Shown piece after piece: positions 36,556 to 60,423 of a stretch of DNA of 64,000 nucleotides (within the stretch, counting starts at the first letter, position 1; every line of letters starts with the position of its first letter). The DNA lies in NCBI GenBank assembly GCA_002269645.1, contig NIVC01003936.1, positions 4,772 through 68,771 on the forward strand, given 5' to 3'. The notes under the pieces were generated by a model. The model had not been told where the DNA came from, did no database searches, and worked only from the letters and a program-made list of their open reading frames with translations. The stretch is from Macrostomum lignano (lineage: Eukaryota). Position numbers and translations under genes: made by a program.

Positions 36556-39549
36556 AGTAGGATCGGGGCGCAGGTCCGGGCGGCAGCCGGATGCCCCGCA
36601 CGCAGCGCCCATCCTCAGTTGCCCGCGGCAGCCTGTGCTAGCCAATACCGTATGCTCCAACCGCGTGAACTGTGCATTGCCCCCCCCCTTCCGGCCCCGT
36701 TTTTGCTGTTCGCGCGACTTTTGCGAGCCACCCTGTTGGTCCCTGCCCGGTCAATGCTGCAGTTCAAAGCCAAGCCACTTTCACCGAAGTCTCTGTTTAG
36801 ATCTCAGAAGCCCCCCCCCCCAGTCTCAGCAGCACTGCGAATGCATTTCCGTGCCCGCCGCTGTCTCCGTGTTTCAATTGCCGATCCGAGAAAGAAGCTT
36901 TTTTGTGCCCTGCGTCTCTTCTTCCTCACTGCGGCCCGCCTCCCAGTGTGTACATAGGCGGCCGGCTAAAGACAAGCTTATTTCTCTTTTATCTGTTATT
37001 TTGTCTGAAAAACTCGAACGCCTCGTCCTTGTTGTCAATTTTGTGTTAACACAGCATAAACTTTCCAGTCTCCATGTTTGTCCGTTGCTCACGGCAGCCT
37101 CCCAATGTACTGCTCTGCAATAGTTCAAGTAGCTGCCTGTCTGCACCCGAGTAGCCACCCAATACCGCCTCTCGCATTATCAATACAGTAGCCGCGTGTT
37201 TATTTATTATTTGTTACTCATATTCATAATTTTATTGCAAATTGTTTCGCTAGAGAGCAGCGATCGGCAGTGCCAGCCTTTTTTGATTCCTCGCTCCTCA
37301 TCGCCCTTAATTTATTGCAGTTATTGCTTTGCCCGCAGAGTTCTGGCTTTTCTGTTCTCTTCTCAAATCTTCCGCTTATTCAACCCGTCATTACGGCCGG
37401 CATGACAAATTTTACAGGTTCACTACTTTAGCTACTACTTACTTCGGACTGCCCCTATCTTCCAGTCAGCCTTTTGCCACGTGAAATATTTTTAATGATT
37501 GAACTGTTTGCTGTGCCGCTTTCTTACATATTAATTACTGCTACTACTAATAGTAATGCACCATTTTAATAGCTATAGCTTGAGCAGCTAGGGCAGCCGC
37601 ACCTCTGAGCAGCCACTCAGTGACCGAATCTGAAACAACACGCTGTGCTGCCAGCCGGTCGATCCTGCACCTCTCAGACTCATCCTTTTCGATTTACTGC
37701 ATTAATTGGCCCCGCAACAACCAACTGTCTCTTCTCTAGACTTCCTCGCCGCTTTTTCCTTTCCTTCATTTCGCCCAAAAATGGTGTTAAATGGTGTTAA
37801 TTGTTGTTTAGCGTTTTTCTCTGTTTGCAGCACAATTGGAAAACATGTAAAATCGTGTGTTAATCCTTGGCGTGTTTTTGTGATGCGGCTCGCCAGCGCG
37901 GTTGTAGCTCCTCCTTTTTCCGACTCTGTAGCCCTTTGTTCGTTTTGTTTCCTAGTTGTAAATATAGAAGTACTCGGCCGATTCACGTACCAAACAAAAC
38001 ATTTAAGTCTCACTGTCCGCTATTCCGACATCGTATTGAGAATTTTTCAAAAAATAAGCCTTTGTTCTTTGCTGATTTTGGCTGTGGGGGCTTTGAGTTG
38101 ATTCTTAATGTTTGCACAAGTATGAATTACGAGTATTTTTTCTTTCGGTGGCGCAACCAGAAATTCGGTGAAGCCCAGAGAGACCAGACAGCTCAAGGCC
38201 TGGAGGGTTATTATGGTCCAAAATCGCTTGCCCCTTACAAGTTTCCGAGTCTCCTCCGAAAGTGGCAGCCTGCTCTCGCCCTTCGTTGCACCAATGTTCT
38301 CTTTTAAAAAAGCTACATTCTAATCTACCTTTCCAGTAAATAATTAACTACAGTGTATTCTTCAAAAAGTAAACAGATGTCTTTAATATATGTACATATA
38401 GATTCAAAGTTTGCCATAAATTTTCATACGGTGAAACGCTCTCACTATTGAGACAGACCCATTATTGTAAACGCAGAAAACTGGTCCTACAGTGGTACTT
38501 TACTGTTACATCTAAACAACTGTCACATCTAGACACCCATTTGGACAATTGTACAGAAATCTTTAACAGAAGAAGATCCGTATATGCACATGCGAGTCGC
38601 GACAGATGCACGAACAAATATACTATTTGCGGATATTCTCGAAAAATAAGCTCAATTAAAAGCATGGACATTTGATTCTATCATAGTGTTTGTTAGTCTA
38701 CTCACAAAAGTTTAGTCGCTCAATTTTGACAACCTCAAAGTTATTCTTTAATAATTTGCACGTGCGACGTGCAGTCTTAGTTTGTAAAGAACTAATGAAA
38801 TTAGACTTTAAATTATAAAAAACTCAGACAAATCTTGTATTTTCATAGCAGAATCTGTTTGTTTACTTTATTTTAATACTTTATCAAGGTAAAATTTAGG
38901 CAAGCTTACCTTTAGTACATACGAGTGTATTTATTTGAGAAGTAGCTTCTAAGCATTAAAATAGTATTTTCGATTTTCTTAGTGTATTTTTGTGTAGTTT
39001 TTCTTCATTAAAATTTCAATATGTTTTTATACATTTATCAAAAAAAATTTCATAGCCCACTAGTCACTAGTACTTGATGCAACCTAGACCCCCAACATTC
39101 TAAACTCTTCATTAAGCTTTAAGTTTTTAGTTTTTAATTAAGTAAGTTATAGTCCTATATCAGTTATAGGAATTCAAATTATTGGTTTAAATACAAAAAT
39201 TGTTTTAAACACTAACTCATGGATATAGGGTTAGTTAAAGTTAAAGTTTAGATTCTGACTAGTATATCTTATCCTTAATAATGTGTATCAATATTAAAAT
39301 TAATATTTATTTAGTAGTCTATTTTATTTTTAGAACCAGGCCTACATTAATGGAAATTTGCTCATTTGTTTATTATAATGACTATATGACTATATGTATA
39401 ATGATATAATGACTTATGACTTATAATGACTTATGTACATGTATGTCTATAGCAGTGGTGTAGCCGGGGGGAGGGGGGCTTGGGGGGCTGCGCCCCCCCC
39501 CCCCCAATCACCTGGGGGTTGGGGTTAGGCGCGGCAGGTATCGCCGAGT

Positions 39550-41275
39550 CGCCGACGAGCTGGAGTCGCCGACGGCGCAGTAGATCACTTGGACGTGGCA
39601 GGCCAGCGCGGCGATAGAGTGCCGCGTTGGTGACTCGCTCGACGCCGATGTTGAAGGCGGCGCGCAGCAGACCAGCGTGCGCCGCATCGACTTGCTGTTC
39701 GAGTGAGTCCGTCAGCGTCCAGGTCTCAGCGTTGTACAGCAGGACGGTCTCGATTACCGCCTGGAACAGCGCCGCCCTCTGGCGGTCCGGTAGGGCCTCG
39801 GACTGCAGGACTGCCCTCACAGAACGAAAGGCAGCCCAGGCAAGCCCGCGGCGGCGTCGCAGGTCCTCGCGAGCGTCTGGAACCAGACCGCCGAGGTAGA
39901 CGAACTGCTGACATCGCGGGAGTTCGGTCGCCTGCCCGTCAGCGCCTCGGCAAAATATTGCAGCCTCGATGTCGTCCGGCACGCAGAGCACAACGGTCTT
40001 CTGCGTGTTGACCACCAGGCCGACACTCGCCGCAACGGCAACCAGCCTGTCCAGCTGCCGTTGGGCGCCCTCGACGGTCGAGGACAGCAGGGCGAGGTCG
40101 TCGGCGTAGCCAAGCACGCTGAGCCGCTTCTCCGGTTGACGTCGACCCACGCGTCGCTGCAGCAGAAAACCGTCGTCGTCGGTAGGAAGAGCAGTCCGCA
40201 GCACCCAGTCAAGCACCAGGACGAACAGAAACGGCGCCAGCGTATCTCCCTGAAGCACTCCGGAGGATGTCTCAAAGGAGTCCGATAGGCCGTCCGGTGT
40301 TGTCACAGCAGCTGTCGTATCACGGTACATCGCCATGACGGCGGAGATCAGCTGCTCAGGCACGTTGTACGCGCGGAGCACCATTGGAAGCACGGCTCTG
40401 ACAACCGAGTCGAATGCCTTCTTGAAATCAATAAAGATTAGAATCAGGATCGACTGACGAATCCGCGCCTCCTCGATGACTCAGCGAAGAGCCAGGATCT
40501 GCGCCACTGTGCCGCGATGGGGCCGGAACCCGTTCTGCTCTGGGCGCAGGTACGGATCCAGCACGGGCTGCAACCGCGAAAGCAGCATCCGGTTGAACAG
40601 CTTCGCTGCACAGGACTGAAGGCAGATGCCTCGATGGTCTTCAAGCCTAGTGGTGCCCGGCTTCTTTGGAACAGCGACGATGTGCGCCGTGGTCCATTCG
40701 TTGGGCGCCGCCTCACCGAAGAGCACGCGGTTCATCACTCTGGCGACCTCAGCGGCCACACAGGGGATGCGCAGCGCCTCGATGGGCACCTCGTCCGGAC
40801 CCAGCGCTTTCCCGCCCGGTGACTGCTGGGCGAGCTTGACAACGTCGGCTGCGTTGACTGGGGCTACGCTGAAACTCTCCTCTGCCGGCAGCGGCGTCTC
40901 CGGCGGCAGCGTCAGACTGTCTGGCAGCGGGGGTGGCGGCGCGTTGACGATGGCGGCGAAGAACTCGCGCAGCTCGTTCCTACGCTCGTCCGGCGTGTCA
41001 CCAGCCAGGTTCAGCGGATTGCGCCGCTTTCGTCCCGTCAGAGCGTTGATGGCGGACCAGGCCACGCGCCCTCTGGCATCGGGCCCAGCGGCAGAGACAG
41101 CCTGAATGGCGTCATCGACAGCCGCTTGTTGGCGCTGCAGGTAGACAGCTGCCAGAGCTGCCTCTGCCTCGCGGGTTGGTCGCCTGCTCAAGCGGAGCTT
41201 CTCCAGATCTTCCCTCGCTGCCTGAATCGCGGGGTCGTCCTGCCAGACCGGCTGCCCACGTTGAGCCGGCTGCAT
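39550..41275 (-). mobile_element. RTE LINE fragment, copy 3 (longest; RT domain nearly complete)
   Basis: K(A)LGPD, DHRGICL, EQNGFR, DFKKAFDS, QGD, YADD; in-frame TGA at 40481; near-identical to copy 1; 3' end replaced by an unrelated CAGTGGTGTAGCC/GC-run sequence (~39452-39545). Confidence 0.95.
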
Positions 41276-41431
41276 CATCGGGACTATCATCGGGACTACT
41301 ATATACACTTTAAACTTAAGTGTATATCAAAAGCTATAAAAAGCTTTAGCATATTTTATATACTATAATGCAAATCTTTACTAGTACTAGGAAATAAAAG
41401 ATATTAACTTTAGATTTTACTTTCATTTCAG

Positions 41432-53461
<12,030 letters not shown>

Positions 53462-53531
53462 CCGCTGGCCTCTGCCTGCCTGCATCCTGCTCTGCTCTGG
53501 GGCTGCGTGCGTTGCAGGGCTGCCGCTAGCC

Positions 53532-53775
53532 TTCCAGATCCCCAGTTGCTGGGCCAGCATCCCAGATCCCCAGTTGCTGGGCCAGCATCCCAGATCCTCA
53601 GTTGCTGGGCCAGCATCCCAGATCCCCAGTTGTTGGGCCAGCCTCCCAGATCCTCAGTTGCTGGGCCAGCCTCCCAGATCCCCAGTTGCTGGGCCAGCCT
53701 CCCAGATCCTCAGTTGCTGGGCCAGCCTCCCAGATCCTCAGTTGCTGGGCCAGCCTCCCAGATCCTCAGTTACTG
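53532..53775. repeat. 28-bp array just downstream of the ABCC stop codon
   Basis: CCCAGATCCTCAGTTGCTGGGCCAGCCT. Confidence 0.9.
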
Positions 53776-54144
53776 GCACCGTAACCCTAAACCCATTTAA
53801 ACCCGTATTAACATTCACATCATTTGCTCCCGGAGAGTAGTACAGTAGGAACTGTATGGACTTGTATGCCGGGCTTTCAGATTTATGTCACAAGTATCTG
53901 GCAACTGTCTGATGCATGCTTTGTCTGATTCTGTTTCCTTATACCCTCTTGCTCGCACAGCAGTACACACCATGGTGTGCCATGTCTCTGAATGCAATAA
54001 ATAATAAGAGTTTAGCTGCTTGAAGTGCCTTGATTGCTAAGTTTAACACGGATTTCAATATGAACTGCAGGTAGCGGCTTGTCAGTGTCAATCAGAACTC
54101 ACTTAGCAGAAAACTATGCTGTCATTTGGGTCTTCCAAAAACAT

Positions 54145-54821
54145 GAGCAGCGTCACAGGGTGGCGCCTCAGGGCCTCGGCGCGAACGCAAGCCGCGCCGC
54201 CGACATAATCCACGGCGCAGGTGTCAGCCATCAGGCAGTCAAGGAAACTCCGAGTTTGCCCCTGTCCCCGCCCCCGCCTGTAGGGCGCCTGCAGCGTCAG
54301 CAGCACCTCCTTCACCGGCTGCGGGCAGTGCGACTCGGTGCGGTCGCCGATGGTGCAACAGTTCGCTTGGACGGACTAGGCCGGCGCAGCGATGCATGTC
54401 GCATTGGTGATTCGCTCGTCGCTGTTCTTGAAGCGATCTTCGAGCGAGTCCATCAGCGACCAGGTCTCGGCGTTGTACAGCAGGACGGTCTCGACCACCG
54501 CCTATAATGATTAGCATAGCAGCCGATATAATCCTTAGTCCTAAAAATTCTACCTGTAGGATCTTGCAGTCTGGCAGTTACTCAATCACCTGCGGGAGTT
54601 TTTGTCAGTGTGAACTGAAAGTAGTTTTAAGAAATTCTCCTTAACAACTTACAGTTCACCTGTCAATCATCGCCAGGCAGTCGGCGCTCCGGTGAAATTA
54701 AATGGCGCAGAGTTCGAGTCGCTCGCTGGTCGATGCGGCATTGATTTGCTGCTCAGCAACGACTCGAGCTGAGTAACTGGCAAGCTGAAAATTGCCCCAG
54801 TCTCTCTACTCCATCACTTGA
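54145..54821 (-). mobile_element. Short decayed RTE fragment (54145-54502) fused to a ~320-bp non-LINE segment; duplicated at 57155-57700
   Basis: LLYNAETW-region homology; junction CCACCGCC|TATAATGATTAGCATAGC is identical in both copies. Confidence 0.85.
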
Positions 54822-55186
54822 CTGTTAGTGTGGAACAATGGTCAGAAAACTCCGCGCTCTGTCGTACGCTCACTACAACTCAGCTAGTTTGCAACAAATA
54901 CACCGTATAACTATCTGATTTACTTAAAGTTTTTGCTTTGGAAACGATTTTCCTGTTGCCTTTATTTTCGCTATGCATTTCTGGGATATATAAGAAAGCA
55001 CCAGGAAGTGTGGAGTGCATGTCTTGGCAGCTCATGTACTCGTATCCAGGTCACTCGTAGTTATGCTTTCTTGATTCGGAGTCAGGGCCAACTACTAGCA
55101 AGAGTGTCATCAAAAGACTTCGGCGGCAAAATAAGAGCGAAGAAGCAGGCCCTATCACCCTTAACCTGAGGGTTGATCGACAATCG

Positions 55187-56365
55187 ATGTGCTCAACCGA
55201 ATATGAACAATCACAAGAGGTGGAGGATGCTCAAATGGCTCAATTAAAGCCTCATGATGAAACAAACTTTGCTTCAATGACTGCCGAGACGCCTGGCAAA
55301 ATTCAGAGCCAACTTGCCAACTCAATCGGTACTCAGAGCCAAGCCGCGGGGACTGGAGCGCATCATCAGAGCCAGTCCAATGAAGCGCGAGCGGATCTTC
55401 TCAGCCAAGTCTCCGATTCTGGAGTCGTGGCGACTCAGAGCCAAGCCGCAGGGACTGGGGCGCATCATCAGAGCCAGTCCAATGAAGCGCGAGCGGATCT
55501 TCTCAGCCAAGTCTCCGATTCTGGAGTCGTGGCAACTCAGAACCAAGCCGCAGGGAATGGGGCGCATCATGAAGCGCAAGCGGATCTTGTGCGGCGGTGT
55601 CAAACCACAAACCGAGGCGAGCCAAGCAGGCAATCTTCCAGCCAAAGCAGTCAAACTGCCGATGCGGTCTCTCGGAGCTACCAAAGTGCACCTGCTGAAG
55701 ATTTGCCTCAGCCTCAAAGCAAAACGATTCTGCAAGAACGACGGGCTGACGTCTCAATTTCGTACGAAGAGGCTGCGCAGCCGCACTCAAACGAGCTCAC
55801 GAATCACGTCAGCAGCGACCTTACTGCAATCAAAGGTACGGTGATTGAGAATAAAGATGACAAGTCGTGCGAGCCGGAGCAAAGCCTATACCAGGGCTCC
55901 GATTCGCCTGAGCAGTTTTCCACGCTGGGAGAACTCAACTATAGCAGATATTTGCTGAGCGATGATTCACCCGAAGCCGCAAGCATGCAGCTTGTTGCTG
56001 TTCAACTCTCAGCATATTTTATGTCTCAGTTCATGGCTGCGTTCTCCCTGCAGGCTGCTCAGGGTATTGCTGGGTCTAACGAGGTCATTGCTGAATTGAC
56101 GCCTGGGCATGGAGAGCAGCAGCAGCTGCCGCCTTTACAGCCGCCTCCGCAACTACCATCAGATAATGCTCAGGACCCTGGAAATGCAGCTGGCGGCGGA
56201 GTTGAAGGCGGTGGAGGCGGCGGTGGAGGCGGCGGTGGAGGCGGCGGTGGAGGCGTGGGAGCAGCCGAGCCTTCACAACTCCCTATAAGCCGCGGACCGA
56301 TCTATATCCAGTATGGACACGGTAGCCACATGCATTTCTACAACGGGCAGCCGCCGTCTTCTTGA
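55187..56365 (+). CDS. Intronless 392-aa low-complexity Q/S/A-rich protein with 34-aa repeats, poly-Gly linker and C-terminal RHIM-like motif
   Basis: Long ATG-initiated ORF; 102-bp repeats at 55331, 55433 and 55535 keep frame; ends GPIYIQYGHGSHMHFYNGQPPSS. No recognised globular domain. Confidence 0.65.
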   Translation: MCSTEYEQSQEVEDAQMAQLKPHDETNFASMTAETPGKIQSQLANSIGTQSQAAGTGAHHQSQSNEARADLLSQVSDSGVVATQSQAAGTGAHHQSQSNEARADLLSQVSDSGVVATQNQAAGNGAHHEAQADLVRRCQTTNRGEPSRQSSSQSSQTADAVSRSYQSAPAEDLPQPQSKTILQERRADVSISYEEAAQPHSNELTNHVSSDLTAIKGTVIENKDDKSCEPEQSLYQGSDSPEQFSTLGELNYSRYLLSDDSPEAASMQLVAVQLSAYFMSQFMAAFSLQAAQGIAGSNEVIAELTPGHGEQQQLPPLQPPPQLPSDNAQDPGNAAGGGVEGGGGGGGGGGGGGGGGVGAAEPSQLPISRGPIYIQYGHGSHMHFYNGQPPSS

Positions 56366-57154
56366 CTGGACGTTGAGCTTCTGATGTTGAACGAAGGCAT
56401 GTACGCGCATACGGATCCAGTCGCTGGATTGAGAAGACAACAGGGTAATGACAAGCTAGATGTGACATGCTTTATAGAAAAGACACATTTCTGTTCTGAT
56501 TAAACTAGAGATCTGTTTACTCAATGTCTAAGATAAATGCGAATACCAGGGGAAATTTTACGTTAATTTACGAGTTTTTCAGCCGAAATTAATCTAAAAA
56601 GTTTCAATGGTTAATTAACGTAAGTTGCCTTTTTAAAAATTGTAACTGCGGTACATTAACCTACCAAAAGTAACTTTTCTTTCATTTACTTTCAAGATTA
56701 ACCCTTGTTTTCAACGGGATGGTACAAACAGGCGTTATGACGCTCTGTGTACGGGTAAGCTCGTTCTGGCGTGATGACATGCAGATCTCGCGTTGCTCAC
56801 AGAGATGTTGCGACACTCTGGTGCTTATACAGTGGGTACAGTATAAGAGTAAAGTATGGTATCCGCTCTCCTGGCGTTATGACGCTCTGCCTCTGGCAAG
56901 AAGGAAGCGCAGCCCTGCCTAGCAAGCGCGCTTTTATTTAGGTTATCGACGGCAATAATACATTAATACACGGGGCGGACTCGCTCGCAGGTCTCAAAGC
57001 GGTGATGATCTCCTGATCTCTTGACTAAAAGTCGCTGTTTACTGTCTGTTTCTCTGACCCGTTCTGTATCACAGGGGGTCACAAAAAAGGCGGGCGCAAG
57101 AGGGGAAATAGGGGGGTCGCATTGTGAGAAAAGGGCGCATAGCAACAAGTAGAA

Positions 57155-57700
57155 GCTTGGACGAACCAGGCCGGCGCAGCGATGCATGTTGCATTGGTGA
57201 CTCGCTCGTCGCTGATCTTGAAGGCGGCGCGCAGCAGACCAGTGTGCGCCCCCCGAACTCGCTGTTCAAGCGAGTCCATCAGTGACCAGGTCTCGGCGTT
57301 GTACAGCAGGACGGTCTCGACCACCGCCTATAATGATTAGCATAGCAACCGAGATGATCCTTAGTCCTAAATTCTACCTGTAGGCTCTTGCAGTCTGACA
57401 GCAGTTACTCAATCACCTGCGGGAGTTTTTTGTCAGTTTAAACTGAAAGTAGCTTGTAGAAATCTCTCAAAAAATCAACTTCAAGTCAAGTCCAGCTCAT
57501 CAAGCTGGCTTACCGAGTTCCAAAGCCTCACAGTTCACCTGTCAATCATCGCCAGGCAGTCGGCGCTCCGGTGAAATTAAATGGCGCAGAGCTCGAGTCG
57601 CTCGCTGGTCGATGCGGCATTGATTTGCTGCTCAGCAACGACTCGAGCTGAGTAACTGGCAGGCTGGAAATTTCCCCAGTCTCTCTACTCCATCACTTGA
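57155..57700 (-). repeat. Second copy of the RTE-fragment plus unique-segment direct repeat
   Basis: Aligns by eye to 54365-54821 with independent indels; both end CTCCATCACTTGA. Confidence 0.85.
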
Positions 57701-57829
57701 TGCTTTTGCGCCCATTCGTTGCTGCTTCTGCCCGCAAGTACTGAAGATGTTCAGTTTGTGACTCTGGGGCTCTCTGCTTCAATGCTTAGCTCAATTTGAT
57801 CTGATCGCCAGCTAAATCTGCTTTCCATT

Positions 57830-58075
57830 CATGCTCTTCTCTTCTCCCCCTCCTCTTCTGTCTTCTCTCCCTCTTCTCTTCTCTCTTCTCTCCCTATTCT
57901 CTTCTCTTCTCTCTCTCTCTCTCTCTTCTCTTCTCTCTTCTCTCCCTCTTCTCTTCTCTCTTCTCTCCCTCTTCTCTCTTCTCTCCCTCTTCTCTCCTCT
58001 CTCCCTCCCTCTTCTCTCCCTCTTCTCTTCTCTCTTCTCTCTTTCTTCTCTCCCTCTTCTGTCCCTATTTCCACC
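57830..58075. repeat. CT-rich low-complexity tract
   Basis: Direct inspection. Confidence 0.9.
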
Positions 58076-59106
58076 CTCTTCTGACCCTCTTTTCTCCATC
58101 TCCGATGTGCACTTGAAATTTGCGTGCTTCTGTTCGCATGTCTGCATGCACTGTTTGACATCTGACTACGACAGTTCCAATAAAATCTCTGCAGACGTCG
58201 AACAGTATTGGATGTAGTAAAATTACTTCTTTGTCAAGTAATTACAGTGTCTGCGAATTGGACGCTTGCAAAATAAATCATCTGTACACTTTTACGACTA
58301 AAGCGATTTTGCGCAGTGCATCGTGAAGTACAAAATATGAACATGAATGTATATTTAGCTCAGCACGAGGTCGTGCGAGCGTATTTGGGAAGGTACATTT
58401 AAGCACTGCATGCAGCTGTTTAGGAGTAGAGAACAGCGACAGCCAATCGTAGCGCGTTTAGGGAATGAAAATTTCTCTGCAGAGTGGGATGGCTGTCCAG
58501 GAGGGGTAGGGATTGGCGAAGGGTCAGAATGTACACTGAAGGCTGGCTGGGCTATCAACATGCAGAATAGCTAAGTGTACATTGCAGTACTTTGCTGCCA
58601 GCCAATCAGAGTTGAATCAGCTGTCATTTGATTAACGGGCGTATGAAAGTGTAATGTTTTCAATTGAGGTTCAAATTTCTGTAATGGTCACAGACCGGGA
58701 ATTGCTAGGAATCTTACAACTATACAGTTATTTGTATATGCGAATAAGAAAACGTACATGCTACTTATAGGAAGATTAGTCTCGCAACAAACTTCACTGA
58801 AATGTGAATTCTACGTCAGTTTTTTACAGAAAGTTTTCTCACCTTCAAATTACCTCCTCGAATTTGCAAATAAAGCTTAGTGCTTTTTGCTTGCTGTAGG
58901 ACTTTTGCAAATTTAAAAATCTGCTTGCGAGCGCATACTAGCTTCATCGGATGTTAGAAATTGCTGCTCAAGGAGACAAAACTTCAAGCAAAAAAAACTG
59001 ACAATTCCCTTCTCACCAATGCATTTCCCCTTAAACCGTATTCTCCCACCAGTCCAAGTTTAGCCGCTCTTCATACTCCAGAAGTCCTTGGCACGCAGAC
59101 GCCGGG

Positions 59107-60423
59107 CTACAACAGCAGCCTGTAGCTCTTGCACTCGCACAGTAGGAAGCCGTCCATGGAGGTCTGGCGGCAGCGTGCGAACTGCCGGCGGCTCCTTGGG
59201 CTGTCGGGCCGGCCGTCCGCGGTGCACTCCGAGCCGCCGAAGCAGAGCAGCCGCAGGCAGCTGCAGGCGGACGTGGGCGAGGAGTTCCTGCAGTCCATGG
59301 GCTGCTGGGTGAGTCGGCGCAGCGGCATCCGGTAGTGCTCGAGCAGCTCCTCGCTGAACTGATCGAAGCTTCTGGCGAGGTGCTCGCCGTGCAACTGCTG
59401 CTGCTGCCGCGGCTGCACCGAGCGGCGCTCCTTCACGCCGAACTTTTTCTTGAGCTTCATCAGGTGCTGCCGGTCTGAGCCGCCCGGGTTTGCTTCCTCG
59501 GATTCGTTATCGGAGAGCAGACCGTCGTCTGCGGTTTGGGCAGTTCGGGAGATGCCAGCGGTTCTGGGAGATGCCAGCGGTTCTGGGGAGATGCCAGCGG
59601 AGCCTGGGGAGATGCCAGCCGTTCTGGGGAGATGCCAGCGGTTCTGGGGAGATGCCAGCGGTTCTGGGGAGATGCCAGCGGTTCTGGGGAGATGCCAGCG
59701 GAGCCTGGGGAGATGCCAGCCGTTCTGGGAGATGCCAGCGGAGCCTGGGGAGATGCCAGCGGAGTCTGGGGAGATGCCAGCGGAGTCTGGGGAGATGCCA
59801 GCGGAGTCTGGGGAGATGCCAGCGAGGCCTGAGGAGATGCCAGCGGAGTCTGGGGAGATGCCAGCGGAGCCTGAGGAGATGCCAGCGGAGTCTGGGGAGA
59901 TGCCAGCGGTGCCTACAGCGGGATATTTGAGCTGGACTGGGCACGTATTTGAAGTGGGGTTGTCGGTGGGTGTCGGTGGGATGTCGGTGGGGTGTCGGTG
60001 GGATGTCGGTGGGGTGTCGGTGGGGTGTCAGTGGGATGTCGGTGGGGTGTCGGTGGGGTGTCGGTGGGATGTCGGTGGGGTGTCGGTGGGGTGTCGGTGG
60101 GATGTCGGTGGGGTGTCGGTGGGTGTCGGTGGGATGTCGGTGGGTGTCGGTGGAGTGTCGGTGGGGTGTCGGTGGGGTGTCGGTGGTGTGTCGGTGGGGT
60201 GTCGGTGGGGTGTCGGTGGGGTTCGGTAAGGTGTCGGTTTGATAACTATAGATGTATGGTATGTCGTCGTTGGGATGTCAGTAAGATGTCTGGGATTCGG
60301 TTGATCTTCAGGGGACGCAACTTCAGAGGACGTAAATGAAATTAATGAGTCAGGTCAGAGGGGCTCACAGATGTTGAAGAAGCCGACCGCGCCGATGAAG
60401 AGCAGCAGGCCGGCGGGGCGCAT
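59107..60423 (-). CDS. Putative secreted cysteine-rich protein (2 exons, 158 aa)
   Basis: Exon 60423-60369 (MRPAGLLLFIGAVGFFNI, signal-peptide-like) with GTGAGC donor; acceptor CCGCAG at 59529; exon 59528-59107 is in phase and ends with 8 Cys (C..CSC..C..C..C..CEC); GC3-rich codons. Confidence 0.7.
59545..60240. repeat. Two arrays filling the intron of the secreted-protein gene (21-bp GGGGAGATGCCAGCGG..; 10-11-bp GTCGGTGGGGT)
   Basis: Direct inspection: 59545-59910 and 59955-60240. Confidence 0.92.

Noticed and set aside
36524-38307. Several 100-200-aa ORFs between GW182 and ABCC
   Set aside because: No recognisable motifs, coding bias or consistent splice structure.
40481-40483. TGA in LINE ORF as readthrough or selenocysteine
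   Set aside because: Simplest explanation is CGA>TGA decay in a truncated TE copy.
54712-54720. Pol III B-box GTTCGAGTC (tRNA or SINE head)
   Set aside because: No good A-box or cloverleaf, opposite orientation to the LINE tail, and mutated in the second copy.
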